A DNA stretch of 64,000 bases from Eledone cirrhosa (GCA_964016885.1 OZ024741.1:145142001-145206000); one strand, 5' to 3'; positions 40,300-54,270 are shown, counted from the first letter of the stretch. The notes: generated by a model not told the origin, from the letters alone. Made by a program: numbers and translations.

Positions 40300-40830
40300 A
40301 CTACTACTACTACTACTACATTCATCCACTTCTTTGTGGTAACCTGATAAAACCTTTCCATCTCACAGGATCAAGCATTAACTGTCTCAGTTCTTCACCG
40401 GACAGTTCTATATCTTTCTCAATGACTGTCTTTAATGACTTTAGAGGTCTTCTGATTGCATGCTCCATCCAGTTTGTTCCCAAGCTTTCTGGTCATTGCC
40501 CATGCTGATGAGCCATACAGTGGAAGCAACATCCAATAAAGAAAGAACTGTATGGTCATATATCAAAGATTACCACAATAATGAGGTAGCAAAGGACAAA
40601 ATTTGCTGAACACTGCTACCAAAGCAAGGATGAACTGATTAGCTGTCTACTCTTGTGGTTGCCTAGTCATGGTAAGACCCTAGCGAAATGATCTGGAATG
40701 ATCTACACGATCAGTTGGAGATTGATGATTTCAAGAATGCCATGGAAGATCATGACATCTGGAAGAGAAGAGTGGAATTGACCCAGGCAATCTGCCGACC
40801 AATAATAAATAAATAATAATAATAATAATA
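40300..40830. mobile_element. Two RTE-type 3' fragments: - copy with (GTA)n tail (40300-40450) and + copy with (AAT)n tail and a 5' inversion (40455-40830)
   Basis: Minus: RRPLKSLKTVIEKD..LMLDPVRW. Plus: WKQHPIKKELYG..FAEHCY..LLLWLP. 40455-40500 reads MTRKLGNKLDGA on -. Confidence 0.75.
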
Positions 40831-41413
40831 TATATTACATATCTCACGCATATTAACTATACTATTTCTATTTTTATCTAAAGACATTTTTTCCAATTCC
40901 ACCCTGCCCAAAAGCGGACGTAATGATGATGATGATGATGATGATGATATATATATATATATGTGTGTGTGCGTGTGTGTGTGTGTAGCAATATCCATAG
41001 GTGTGGTACTGATGGAGGGTAATCACCCAGAAACATTAGTGTCTGTCGAGCAAGAATAAGGGGCTTTCAAGAGGCTGTTTGCATAATTGCAAACATATCA
41101 AATTGGCAGTATCAGTAGAGGGTCGGACGCCATGCTTTGATGCATAGAGTTACGGCCCTTGCCATTCGGAGTTCAAATCCCACCATGGTTAACTTAGCCT
41201 TTCATCCTTACGGGATCGATAAAATAAAGTACCAGTAATGCACTGGGTTACTGCTGGTCTTGTGCCAAAAGTAGAAACAATTATTAATATTCGAAAAACT
41301 CAGATTACATTTATTGTATTCAGCCATGAAGAGCAATAATGCTATTTGTCATATATATATATATATATATACACGATATTAACAAATGGAAACTATATTT
41401 ATAAAACCATATT

Positions 41414-41478
41414 TATTTCATTATACATATTTCAAGGATACCAAGTTAAATTATGGTGTGCTTTCATCAGATAAAATA
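41414..41478 (-). ncRNA. Type I hammerhead ribozyme
   Basis: Minus strand: tattttat CTGATGA aagcacacca..tggtatcctt GAAA tatgta ta atgaaata; 8-bp stem I, stem II 8 of 10 bp, AUA site. Confidence 0.8.
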
Positions 41479-41555
41479 TAATATAGATCAGTTTTATAAA
41501 TAAATATTGACATACCCTTAAAGATACAGCCATTACTGTTGGAAGCTCCCGGGAG

Positions 41556-41612
41556 CTGATGAAAGGACACCATAATTTAACTTGGTGTCCTTGAAATATG
41601 TATAATGAAATA
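41556..41612 (+). ncRNA. HHR with perfect 10-bp stem II but 5' strand of stem I removed by the inversion junction
   Basis: CTGATGA aaggacacca taatttaact tggtgtcctt GAAA tatgtata atgaaata. Confidence 0.65.
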
Positions 41613-41739
41613 AATATGGTTTTATAAATATAGTTTCCATTTGTTAATATCGTATTTTTACTCCAAATATTTGTTGAGTGCTTTATATCAGTTATAAAAA
41701 TATTTGCTTGTTGTATCCCAACAATTTAAATAGAACTTT

Positions 41740-41799
<60 letters not shown>

Positions 41800-41800
<1 letters not shown>

Positions 41801-42729
41801 TGATAGGAAGGAAGGAAGGACATCCAGCTGAAACCATGGCAGAACTGGAACATATATAAGTAAGATGTGACATCTATTTTATTTGAAAGATGTCAATGAC
41901 TCCAATTGAGTACTGATTAGTCAGTGACAGCCTGTCGAACCCATGCCAGTATGAAAAAATGGGCATTAAATGATGATGATGATGACAATAAAACCTAAAA
42001 AAGAATTTTACTCAAACATTTATTTTTTTCATTTACTGAGGAAATTATATTTTTTGAAAATACTGTACTAATTTACATAATTATACTAAAATTATTTTTC
42101 TTATCAGAAATATTTAATGATTATTGTAGTGCTTGAGGATATATATAACATAATTTCATAGAATATAGAAAGTGTCAAAAAAAGAATCATAACCCATGAT
42201 CTGTTTTTATATGCATATATATATTATACATATATATATTATATATATATATATTATACATATATATATATTATATATATATATATTATACATATATATA
42301 TTATATATATATATATTATACATATATATATTATATATACACATTCACACACACATATATATATATGCACATCATTATCATCATCATTTAACTTCTCCTT
42401 TCCTACACACTGGGGAAGGCCATTTCTCTAAGGGAATCTGAGCACTGTTTTCCTTTCAACATACTATGACTTGAATCTTTGACAAGTTAATTTTAAGCCT
42501 TTTTTTTTTTATTCTAGGCCATGCTTCCAGGTTTGGAATTTTTTCCCTAATTTTTCCACAGTTTCAGCTTATGGGTAAGAACAACTACATACAGAAGTTC
42601 CCATGGGCAGCCAGTCTTAAACTCTTCTGTTATAGCATGTAGGACAATAATAAACAGGTTATAACAAAAGAGTTTATAATATTGACATATACATATATAT
42701 ACATATACGTGTGTGTGAGAGAGAGAGAG

Positions 42730-42797
<68 letters not shown>

Positions 42798-43161
42798 AGA
42801 GAGAGAGAGAGAGGATCTGAGTGTATGTGCAAAAGGCAAACAGAAATAACAAAGCAAACAACACAATACAATGAAGAAATATATTATTAGTTTTACACTT
42901 GATATAGTAGGAAAAGAGACTGGAACGTTTTGGACGTTAGTCCCACATCAGTAAATAGAATGAGAAATCAAAGAAGATTTAGAAAGATAGAGGAGAGTGG
43001 GCGATGGCAGAAATGAAAGGAATTTCTGTGGGAAAAAGCTGTAAGATATGTGGTTATGATTGTTGTCAGAAAGGACCGTGACAAGTGGAGAGATGGTGTG
43101 CTGAATAGAACCTATCCAACCCTTGCAAGCAAGGAAAAGCAGACGTAAAATGATGATGATG

Positions 43162-43194
<33 letters not shown>

Positions 43195-43361
43195 TAACAT
43201 TAAAGTTTAAGCAAAGAATCGCTGCTTTCACCCTTAATGGGATCTTCTGTTATTTTAATAAATATTTGCTCTACGGTTTTTATATATTTGATATATATTT
43301 ATCCTTATTTGATATATATTTATCCTCTTTGGATTTTAGTCTTCAAATTTATTATTATTAT

Positions 43362-43435
<74 letters not shown>

Positions 43436-44512
43436 TCATCATCATTTTTTCATCATTTCATTTTACGTCCGCTTTTCCCTGCTTGCAAGGGTGGGACGGG
43501 AATTGATTCTGGCATGATTTCTACAGCTGGATGCCCTTCCTAACACCAACCTCATTTTTACAGTGAGTGCTGGGTGCTTTTTTGCCGTGGCACCTCTACG
43601 ACCACTTTGCAGTGGAATGATAGAGACCCCAGTCCCTATCATCTCATTTCTACAGCTGAGTAAACTGGAGCAATGTGAAATAAAGTCTCTGGTAATAGGA
43701 AGGAAGGACATCCAGCTGAAACCATGGCAGAACTGGAACATATATTAGTAAGATGTGCCATCTATTTTATTTGAAAGATGTCAATAACTCCAATTGAGTA
43801 CTGATTGGTCAGTGACAGCCTGTCGAACCCATGCCAGTATGAAAAAATGGGCATTAAATGATGATGATGATGACAATAAAACCTAAAAAAGAATTTTACT
43901 CAAACATTTATTTTTTTCATTTACTGAGGAAATTATATTTTTTGAAAATACTGTACTAATTTACATAATTATACTAAAATTATTTTTCTTATCAGAAATT
44001 TTTAATGATTATTGTAGTGCTTGAGGATATATATAACATAATTTCATAGAATATAGAAAGTGTCAAAAAAAGAATCATAACCCATGATCTGTTTTTATAT
44101 ACATATATATATTATACATATATATATTATACATATATATATTATACATATATATGTTATATATACACATTCACACACACATATATATATATGCACATCA
44201 TTATCATCATCATTTAACATCTCCTTTCCTGCACACTGGGAATCTGAGCACTGTTTTCCTTTCAACATACTATGACTTGAGTCTTTGACAAGTTAATTTT
44301 AAGCCTTTTTTTTTTTATTCTAGGCCATGCTTCCAAGTTTGGAATTTTTTCCCTAATTTTGCCAGTTTCAGCTTATGGGTAAGAACAACTACATACAGAA
44401 GTTCCCATGGGCAGCCAGTCTTAAACTCTTCTGTTATAGCATGTAGGACAATAATAAACAGGTTATAACAAAAGAGTTTATAATATTGACATATACATAT
44501 ATATACATATAC

Positions 44513-44586
<74 letters not shown>

Positions 44587-45240
44587 CTGAGTGTATGTGC
44601 AAAAGGCAAACAGAAATAACAAAGCAAACAACACAATACAATGAAGAAATATATTATTAGTTTTACACTTGATATAGTAGGAAAAGAGACTGGAACGTTT
44701 TGGACGTTAGTCCCACATCAGTAAATAGAATGAGAAATCAAAGAAGATTTAGAAAGATAGAGGAGAGTGGGCGATGGCAGAAATGAAAAGAATTTCTGAG
44801 GGAAAAAGCTGTAAGATATGTGGTTATGATTGTTGTCAGAAAGCTGGTAAAATGCAAATGAGAAATACTGGAGTGAAAACTAGAGCAAAGTATAGACCCC
44901 CCCCCCCAAAAAAAAAACAAAAAAAAAAACAATAACATTATACTTTTACATTTTTTATTTTTCAAAAGAAAAGAATTGAAGATAAGCGGTGCTCCACATA
45001 CACATGTCTGTGTGAATATATATATATATAAGAAGTGCCAAGAAATCCCAGTAGAACAAAGACGCAGTATAGGTAGACCACGAAAAACATGGGCGGAGGT
45101 GGTGAGAGCAGACCTCAGATCGCTGAAACTCACCGAGGAGATGACAAAGGACCGTGACAAGTGGAGAGATGGTGTGCTGAATAGAACCTGTCCAAACCTT
45201 GCAAGCAGGGAAAAGCAGACGTAAAATGAGGAGGATGATA
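41800..45240. repeat. Local direct duplication of ~1.2-1.3 kb (41800-43165 vs 43693-45240)
   Basis: Near-identical runs from ggaaggaaggacatccagctgaaacc to gattgttgtcagaaag; both copies end in the same RTE 3' end. Confidence 0.95.
43433..43690 (-). mobile_element. CORE-SINE with bipartite RTE tail, head truncated
   Basis: Same family as 62902-63295. Confidence 0.85.
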
Positions 45241-45243
45241 TAT

Positions 45244-45279
<36 letters not shown>

Positions 45280-46464
45280 GACATTTGTCATGATTCATCT
45301 ATTTGAAATAACACCCCCCACCCAACATTTTACTTGTAATTTCATGCCATTAATTTACCTGTATGGTGTCTATTAATTTTTATTTGTCTAAAATTTTTAA
45401 GCAACACTTTAATAATTAAGAGAATAAATCCAGGTTTCTGTTGCTAGTAAAAGTATATCTGTATATTACTAAAAGTCTGTGATTGGTTGCCTGCTTATTT
45501 TTCTGTAATAGTGCATAATGGGAAAATACTTTGAAAGGAAGTTGACCCTGAAATGGGAATACAAATTGAATATAAAACAAATTTCGCGTAAATCGAAGCA
45601 CGGGTTCCCAAGATATGGGGTTTTCTGGGTACCTTCATAAACAGAGAGAGAGAGAGAAGGATAGAGAGAAAGAGATAGTGGTTGTGAGAGAGTAGATTGA
45701 AAGAGATACATAGAGAGAGGGAGAGAAGACAGAGAAGGAGAATGGAAGAGAGAGAGAAAGCTGTTGTGTATATATATATGTGTGTATATGTGTGTGTGTG
45801 TATCTATGACCAGTGTATATAGATCACAAACACCCTCATATATATACACACACACATACATATATATATGTATACAAACACACATTTATATATATATATA
45901 CATACACGTATATGGGCCTTCCAGTTCCATTTCACATTATATACATGTTTGTGTATATTTTAATTATTTAAAAATTATTTTTAAGTGAACATGATTTTAA
46001 AAAATTTACTTTGAAGTGAACGTGAGCCAATGGGTGGTCGAGTATATATATTTTTTACGAGGGTAAAAATATATAACTCTATTTGTATGTAGATATAAGA
46101 GTATATAATTGCCAAATAGTTTTACACAGAGTTCAATGTGTTTATGTAATAATGGTTGGAAGAAATGAGAGATACTTTCAAGGAAAGCGATACAGAAAAA
46201 ATAAACGTAAATGCAGAGCATATAGAAACAAAGAAAGCGATGGAGTTAAGTTCTTAACTCATTTAATGCTTCACAGTCATTTTGGGTATGCCATGGATCA
46301 TTGTTAGTTAAAAGCATACATTTCTGAATAAAGTATACAATTTGTTTTGTAAAATTTCTGATGTGAAATGATGTATTGAAACCGATATGTTATATTTGAG
46401 TATGGTCATTTTGCCAATGAAAACACACACTATTCGATTTTCACTTCAGTTTTATAATTAGTTA

Positions 46465-46736
46465 TTTGTTAGTTTGTCAAAGCTATTTCATCACACACTC
46501 TGTGACCTCCTCAATGACATTTGTTCTTCGCTGTGTCTCCACTTCTTTCGGTCTTAATCTGTTTACTCTACTGGAGGTCACAGAAGCCACAAAATGTGTA
46601 ACAAAAGACCTTTGATGATCCAAATAATAAGTAATAATAAAGCTGAATAAAGTGGAAATCAAATAGAATGCATTTCTATTGGCAAAATAACCATCCCCAA
46701 ATATCTATCTATCTATATACACACATACACACACAG

Positions 46737-46777
<41 letters not shown>

Positions 46778-47235
46778 CACACACACATATATATATATAT
46801 GCACACATATATATATATATATATACAAACACACGCACATGTATATATACACACATACACGCACACATATATATACACACACACATATATATATATATAC
46901 ACACACGCACACATATATATATACACACATACGCACACACACATATATATACACACATGCACACACATATATATATACACACACGCACACACACATATAT
47001 ATACACACACGCACACATACACACACACACACATATATATATATATTATTAGTACAGATTCAAGTTTGTTAGTTTGTTAAAGCTATTTCATCACACATTC
47101 TGTGACCTCCTCAATGACATTTGTTGTTGTTCTCTCTGTCTTCACTTCATTTGGTCTTAATCTGTTTACACTACTGGAGGTCACAGAAGTCACAGAATGT
47201 GTAACAAAGGACCTTTGATGAACCAACTAATAACT
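46465..47235. repeat. Two direct copies (46465-46630, 47063-47235) of a hairpin-forming MITE-like unit flanking a (CA/TA)n tract
   Basis: tctgtgacctcc...ggaggtcacaga inverted core in both copies. Confidence 0.75.
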
Positions 47236-47366
47236 ACTGTACTAATAATAAATCAATATTTGCTCTAGGGTTTATATATACGTTTTTATATATACATATA
47301 GAATCCTTATTAAGCCCTCTATGGATTTTGGTCTTTGTAATTGTTAATATTTTGAATTAATATATA

Positions 47367-47415
<49 letters not shown>

Positions 47416-47668
47416 ATGCATATATACATGCATATATATATATACATACATATATATATATATATATACACATACATATATATATACACACATATATATA
47501 TATATATATACATATATATATCATCATCATCATCATTTAACGTCTATCTTCCACACTAGCATATATATATATATATACATATATATATACACATATAGAT
47601 ATATATATGCATATATATGCATATATATATACATATATATATACATATATATATGTATATATATATGC

Positions 47669-47775
<107 letters not shown>

Positions 47776-48009
47776 TATATACATATATACATATATAATA
47801 TATATACATATATACATATATAATATATATACATATATACATATATAATATATATACATATATACATATATAATATATATACATATATATATATATATAT
47901 AAATATATATACATATATATATATACATATATATATATACATATATATATATACACACATATATATATATATATATACACATATATATACGCATATATAT
48001 ATATACATG

Positions 48010-48230
48010 TGGAGGTACGTGGCCTAGTGGTGTTCGACCTACGATCATAATGCCATGGGTTCGATTCCTGGGGTGTGTGTTGTGTTCTTGAGCAAAACAC
48101 TTCATTTCATGTTGATCCAGTATACTCAGCTGAAAATGAGGGTTTAACCCTGTGGTGGACTGGCGTCCTGTTCAGGGGGGAGTTTTGTACTCTCAGTCGA
48201 CTCACGCCATCGGCCAAATGAGCCTTCTGC
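48010..48230 (+). mobile_element. tRNA-derived CORE-type SINE
   Basis: tggcctagtgg A box; ggttcgattcc B box; ttcttgagcaaaacacttcatttc..actcagctg. Confidence 0.8.
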
Positions 48231-48282
48231 CTTAATACAGACTTTAGACTTTTTTAGATATATAAATATATATATATGTGTC

Positions 48283-48690
48283 CTGTTATTATTGCTGGCA
48301 ATAGTATTACAACAATATGACCCTCCCCAAGTATAACAATAAATATATATACATATATGTATATACATATATTCATATATATATATATTGTTATACTTGG
48401 GGAGGGTCATATTGTTGTAATACTATTGCCAGAAATAATAACAGAACACACTCACTGTTTGGTTGGTTTTCGCTTCTGTATCTTTTATATCTCCATAGTT
48501 AATTTATTTGGCAATCAACGTTTATCATTGATTGACCAACAGTTAAGAATACAGATATATATATATAAATATATATATATATGGTCGATCAAAGTTCTTT
48601 CGTTGCACATCTGCAACATCATCAGTGGTACTATTATTATTATTCTGGCAATAATATTACAACAATATGACCCTCCTTGCAAAACAAATT
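48283..48690. mobile_element. Penelope-like pLTR ends in +/-/+ arrangement with an HHR on - (48587-48630)
   Basis: ctggcaata.tattacaacaatatgaccctcc at ~48295 (+), ~48400 (-) and ~48645 (+). Minus strand: CTGATGA t gttgca gatg tgcaac GAAA gaactt. Confidence 0.7.
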
Positions 48691-49057
48691 CATATATATT
48701 TACATATACATATATATACACATATACATACATGCATATATATATATATATACTGTATATATATATATATAGTAATAATAATAAATGTGAACACTAAAAT
48801 CCAAAGAGGTCTTGATAAGGATAAATATATATCAAATATATAAGAACCGTAGAGCAAATATTTATTAAAATAACAGATTAATAAATATATATATATGTAT
48901 ATATATACACATATACATACCTATGTATATGTATATATATATATATGGTAATAATAATAAATTTGAAGACTAAAATCCAAAGAGGGCTCGATAAGGATAA
49001 ATATATATCAAATATATAAGAACATATATATATACACACATATGTATATATATATAA

Positions 49058-49657
49058 ATAAAATTAGTCCTTCATCAGTGATCTTCCAACTTCATTGGTA
49101 TTTCATCGCTTTAAAAATCATATACCTCTAGTTGGTGCGAGCAATAACTAATAAAGTTATTGGGACAAGTAAAATAGGGTGAAGCGAACGAGACATGTAA
49201 ACAAACAAAGATGGTATTGCAACGGAAAGATAGGAAGAGACAAGTAAATGATATCTATAAGCTTAAGCTTGGTGAAATCATGGACGAGAGATACAGACCA
49301 TCCGACATGGGTGAGATGTGAGCGAGAAAAGGATTTCACACAGGTCGAACGGGAGGAAGTGAGAGAGGGGGAGAAGCAGAGAGTGAGTGAGTGGAAGTGT
49401 GAGGAAGAGACCAGCCGAGAGAGTGTGTGACTGGCAGAGGGGGTAAAAAGAGGAGAGAGATACAGAGAGAAGGGGGAAGCAGTAACAAAGAAACAGACAA
49501 TCGCAGCTGAGGAAAAAAATATAAATATGAGAAGAATGGAGTGCTGCGTGGTTGCACATGGGTTACATAGGAATAAAATTAGTCCTTCATCAGTGATCTT
49601 CCAACCTTCATTGGTATTTCATCGCTTTAAAAATCATATACCTCTGGTTGGTGCGAA
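49058..49657 (-). mobile_element. Penelope-like remnant with ~83 bp direct terminal repeat (49058-49140, 49572-49656)
   Basis: Duplicated aataaaattagtccttcatcagtgatcttccaa..ttggtgcga; CT-rich interior on -; related fragment at 7530-7620. Confidence 0.55.
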
Positions 49658-49667
49658 AGTATATCCT

Positions 49668-50105
49668 CATGGTGTGGCTTCACGAACAAAGATTATGAAG
49701 TAGGTGGTCCATATTCACTGCAGTCATCTCTGTGACTTTTAAGGCTAATGCAGGACAGGCAGGCATGGCCACAGTGGCTGATGTTGAAGCTATGGTCAGG
49801 GTTTAATGACTTGGTGTTGTGCCTCCTGTTTTTGAGGGTGGCTCTGGGGGTGTTTTTGAAGGAGGAGACAGCATGGTTGATGTTGAAATGCTAGGCACCA
49901 CGGTTCTCAGCTAGGTTCGAACACCATCTTGATGGCAGCGTGTTTAATCTTCGTTGACTACAGGCCCACAAGAAGACCCTGGAGCAACTGATCTGAGATC
50001 TATTCTTTGCTGACGATGTTCTTGATGCCCACAGAGAAAGAGCCTTGCAGTACATTATTTCCTGTTTCACAAAGGCTGCCCAGCTCTTTGAGCTGGAAGT
50101 AAGCT
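49668..50105 (-). mobile_element. RTE (BovB-like) 3' end on - with an inverted RT segment on + (49929-50105)
   Basis: Minus: HCGHACLSCISLKSH zinc-finger-like end. Plus: DGSVFNLR.LQAH..LFFADD..AHRERALQ..AAQLFELEVSL. Confidence 0.8.
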
Positions 50106-50702
50106 TAACCCTTTCACATTTAAACTGGCTGTATCCAGCCAGAATTATCTCACCTCTTTCTGTTCAAACTGGCTGTAACTTAATGCTCATACTGCTGTTA
50201 GGGTATTGTTCTCAAAATAAATAATATCAAAATCTCATAGATTTGATATTATGCAAGATAATTATTTGAGATAAAGCCTATATCAGGAAAATATAATAGT
50301 ATATATAGAGTAATCATCATCATCATTTTACGTCCGCTTTTCCCTGCTTGCAAGGGTGGGATGGGAACTGATTCTGGCTTGATTTCTACAGCTGGATGCC
50401 CTTCTTAACACCAACCTCATTTACAGTGAGTGCTGGGTACTTTTTTCTGTGGTGCCTACACGTCCACTTTACAGTGTGGGCTGGGTGCTTTTTTTTTCCG
50501 TGGCACCTACACGACCACTTTGCAGTGGAATGATAGGCACCCCTAGTCCTATCATCTCATTTCTACAGCTGAGTAAACTGGAGCAATGTGAAATAAAGTG
50601 TCTTGCTCAAGGAAACAACACATCACCCGGTCTGAGAATTGAACTCACAACCTTTCAATTGCAAGGCCAATGCTCCAACCAATATAAACACTAAAGGGTT
50701 AA
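50105..50702. mobile_element. TTAA-flanked piggyBac-like MITE containing a CORE/RTE SINE (50312-50680, -)
   Basis: ttaaccctttcacattt ... aaacactaaagggttaa termini. Confidence 0.65.
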
Positions 50703-52308
50703 AGAAGACAGAGGACTCCACCCGCCTGCACTTCAGGAAAGAATACCGCCCTCCCCATAGCGCCATTGGTGAGACTGAACTAGTGACCTATTTTTACACT
50801 CCCAGCAAAAAGTCTTTCTCCCTTGAAAATGGCTTGCTGAACAGACAAGCCAAAACTGTATTGCATTGTGGTTGGGATTTTACCTATCTTTGTCTATATA
50901 TATATATGTAAGCAGACAGTACTTGATTTAGGAGTCGCAGAAACCCAAATACTGGATTTTACCAACCTTCCAGGGGTCCGGGTAAATTTTCAATCACATA
51001 TATTTTTATTGTTTGACCCGAATTACTTGGTCATTTCTTTGTGCGGATGTTTGTTTAACAATCGTCTCAGTGTGTTTGGCCTTTAACGTATGTTGTAGCT
51101 CTGGTTCATCTGAATCATCGAGCGCTTGCCACACATATCAGAAGTTGTTTTTCGTTAATTCCTAGGCCGAAATACGATTCTCGCTAATTTATATTTATAT
51201 ATATATATATAAATATATATATATGTGTGTGTGTGTGTGTGTTTGTGTGTGTTTGTAATATAGCTATATTTGTATGTAACTGAGATTGCATAAATGTGCA
51301 TACAAATTTATACATTTTTATTATATAGACATGTAAACATACCACTAGGAAATATGGAATCCAGGAGCTTATATAATTAAAGATGATTTTAATGTTTTTA
51401 TTTTATAGAGAAATATGTATATTTGGCATGTTTATGGGTCTAAATACTAATACCATGTAAATTTATATATACACATTTACATAGTCTCGGATATTTCTAT
51501 TCTGCATAGTTACAGATATAATTTTGCCATAAATTTCAGCTACTTAGCACAGAACTTAATATATATATACATGCATATTGTTTCTGAGGAAGATAGTGAG
51601 ATGGATCTGTAGTATCAAGACTAATAATATGGAGTTAAATAACTAGTATCAATTAGTCACTATATCGATTTATCATGATCAATCAACCTTCTGAAACAAT
51701 CGTACAACAATGAACTGATTAAGCACTAAACTTTGCCTTTTATTTTCATTGTTCATTCAACATATTATTATCATCATCATCACCACTGTTTAGCGTCCAT
51801 TTTTCCATGGTTGCATGGATTAGGCAGGTCGTCCATGTTAGGAGTTAAGTCTGGCTAGAATTGACCACTCTGTATCTTGCTCTGACAGGACTGTAAATTT
51901 TTCCGGAGATTTTACAGCTGGATGTCCTTTCTAACACCAACCACATTTTCAGTGTGGAACTGGATGGCACCCTTATGAGGTGGGACAGGACAGTTTAATA
52001 TATATATATAAAGTAATAAAAATAAAAAGTACAAGGTATTAGATCTTCATTCCATTTATTGAGGTGTGACATGTGTTTCACAATTGATCAGCTCAAGGCA
52101 CGATCTGTATTGATCTGGCCCAACTCTAAACTATATATATATATGACTCTTTAGCTTATTTAGAATGTACAACGAAATCTGATATGATGAAAGCCTACTA
52201 CAAAAACAAGAACTCTCAGGACTTGATCTAGTTGGAATTATTACTTCTGGACTACATGGAAATCTAACAACATTATTGGCCCTACAATAGACAGATAGAT
52301 GCTAGTAT

Positions 52309-52341
<33 letters not shown>

Positions 52342-52983
52342 CACATCCACACAAATATAACCAACTTGCGTACTTCGTCGAGTGCTCCAATCTGCATACT
52401 GAGGTGTCGGTAAACAACCAACATATACTCAAAATTTATGTATGTATATATATATTTATATGTAAGCGTGTGTGAGTATGTATATAAAAGTACATATATG
52501 TATACATACACACACACACATATATATATATATATACATACAGCCATGTATACATACCGTAGTTATACGTGATGTTTCTTTATGTCTGCACGAGTGTATA
52601 ATACAAGAGAAACAAGATAATTGTCAGTGACAGTATTTAGAACCAACCTGAGAAGAATAATGAGGAATGGTAATGAAATAATTGTGTAGATATATGAAAG
52701 ATTGCCAAAATACAGGAAACAATAGGAAGTAAGAAGAGGGAGAGAGAGTGAGGAGGAGAATTGTTGGTAGGTAGGGAAAAGAAAAATTGATAAAGATCAA
52801 ATTGAAAGGAATTTTACCAAATATTCCCTATACACAAAATATATATTTCAGAAAGAAAAAATGGAAAAATATCTTCTAAAGAAATATAGATTTCTTTTGA
52901 CTTTGCCAGGAATTTACTTTTGATATGGGAGGGTTTACATTTGATATAGTTATAGTCAGGTTAGTATATTACTACTTGATGGT

Positions 52984-53375
52984 ATCCATCCATCACTATT
53001 TTACGTCCGTTCTTCCATGCTAGCATGGGATAGACGGGTTGTCCTGTTGTGGGCAGTGTCCGGTCGGCTGACCTTGTCTTGCTCATATGGGAACTGATTC
53101 TAGCGTGATTTCTACAGCTGGATGCCCTTCCTAACACCAACCTCATTTACAGTGAGTGCTGGGTGCTTTTTTGCCATGGCACCTCCACGACCACTTTGCA
53201 GTGGAATGATATGAACCCCAGTCCCTATCATCTCATTTCTACAGCTGAGTAAACTGGAGCAATGTGAAATAAAGTATCTTGATCAAGGAAACAACACATC
53301 ACCCGGTCTGAGAATTGAACTCACAACATTTCGATTGCAAGCCCAATGCTCTGACCACTAAGTCATGTGCCTTCA
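52984..53375 (-). mobile_element. tRNA-CORE SINE with bipartite RTE tail
   Basis: Complete head, CORE, RTE 5' segment, RTE 3' segment and (CAT)n. Confidence 0.88.
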
Positions 53376-53869
53376 TATTCAAATATATAAAAATTTATTG
53401 AATCAACCAGAATATTACTAGTTTTTAATGCAATATATGTCTTGTATTGTTGTCATATATAATAGAAGGCATCATATCAAAGTAATCAATTCAGATTTCT
53501 TTCTTTCTAGATAACCACAATTGTTTACAGAGATGAGAAACCTATTATCAATACATGGATCTCAATGCTATTAGAATTTTGAGATATTTACTAAACTTAT
53601 AAATTATTTCATTACTAAGATAGTAACTTAATATAGCTTTTATATACAATTATGTTAGATCTTAATTTAAATAAGAACCGTAGTTTTGTTTCATAGAAAC
53701 ACAGTAAGGTGTTGGCTAGATTGGTATCAAAATAGTATACCCAAGTACATTATTTACTTATTTTTTCAATACATTCTTTTTCACATTTTAGATAAACTTC
53801 TACTATAGCTTTGGAATGACCAATGCCTTGTGAGTAAAATTTAGAAGAAAAACAAGCTTTACATATCTT

Positions 53870-54270
53870 GCCAGCATCATTAACCAGACAAGTGGTATGG
53901 ATGGTAACATGAGAGTCACAGTCTTCCTGCTGGAATGGTAACATGAGAGTCCACATCTTCAATCTAAATCTAAACTCAGTCTTATTGTATGGAATATGAG
54001 AATGGAGGAATATGAAAGCCACCTTAATCAACGACTGCCTCACGAGGGTAGTCAGAATCCATTGGCTGAAGAAAGTTAGCATTTTGGGAGTAAACCCAGC
54101 AAACCCTTGTTGTCACAGAGATTAAGTGAAGAAAGTGGCACTGAATTAAATATTTCCCCTGAAAGTCCTAACATAATGTCCTCAGGTGGTTCCTCTAATG
54201 AAACCTCCAGGACAACATGAAGAGAGGCAGGCCAAAGTACTTCTGGTGACATGACCTGAAGAACAAACAA
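53870..54270 (+). mobile_element. Decayed RTE LINE 3' fragment
   Basis: IFNLNLNSVLLYG, RIHW, RRKWH, PGQ.EERGRPK-like remnants. Confidence 0.7.

Larger units (their letters stand above)
41374..41742. mobile_element. Fold-back Penelope-like pLTR pair in (TA)n, HHR core in each arm
   Basis: ~97 bp inverted arms 41374-41470 and 41556-41652; junction palindrome agctcccgggagct; same family as 58410-58840. Confidence 0.85.

Noticed and set aside
46340-46395. ctgatgtgaaatgatgtattgaaaccgata HHR-like string
   Set aside because: Core mismatch and no stem I pairing
49560-49600. CTGATGA.ggac at 7590(-), 49072(-) and 49587(-) as HHRs
   Set aside because: Conserved between copies but no GAAA half follows; kept only as repeat remnants
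53790-53840. ttttag|...|gtgagt apparent + exon
   Set aside because: The same accaa.gccttgtgagt motif occurs in SINE remnants (57160, 63610)
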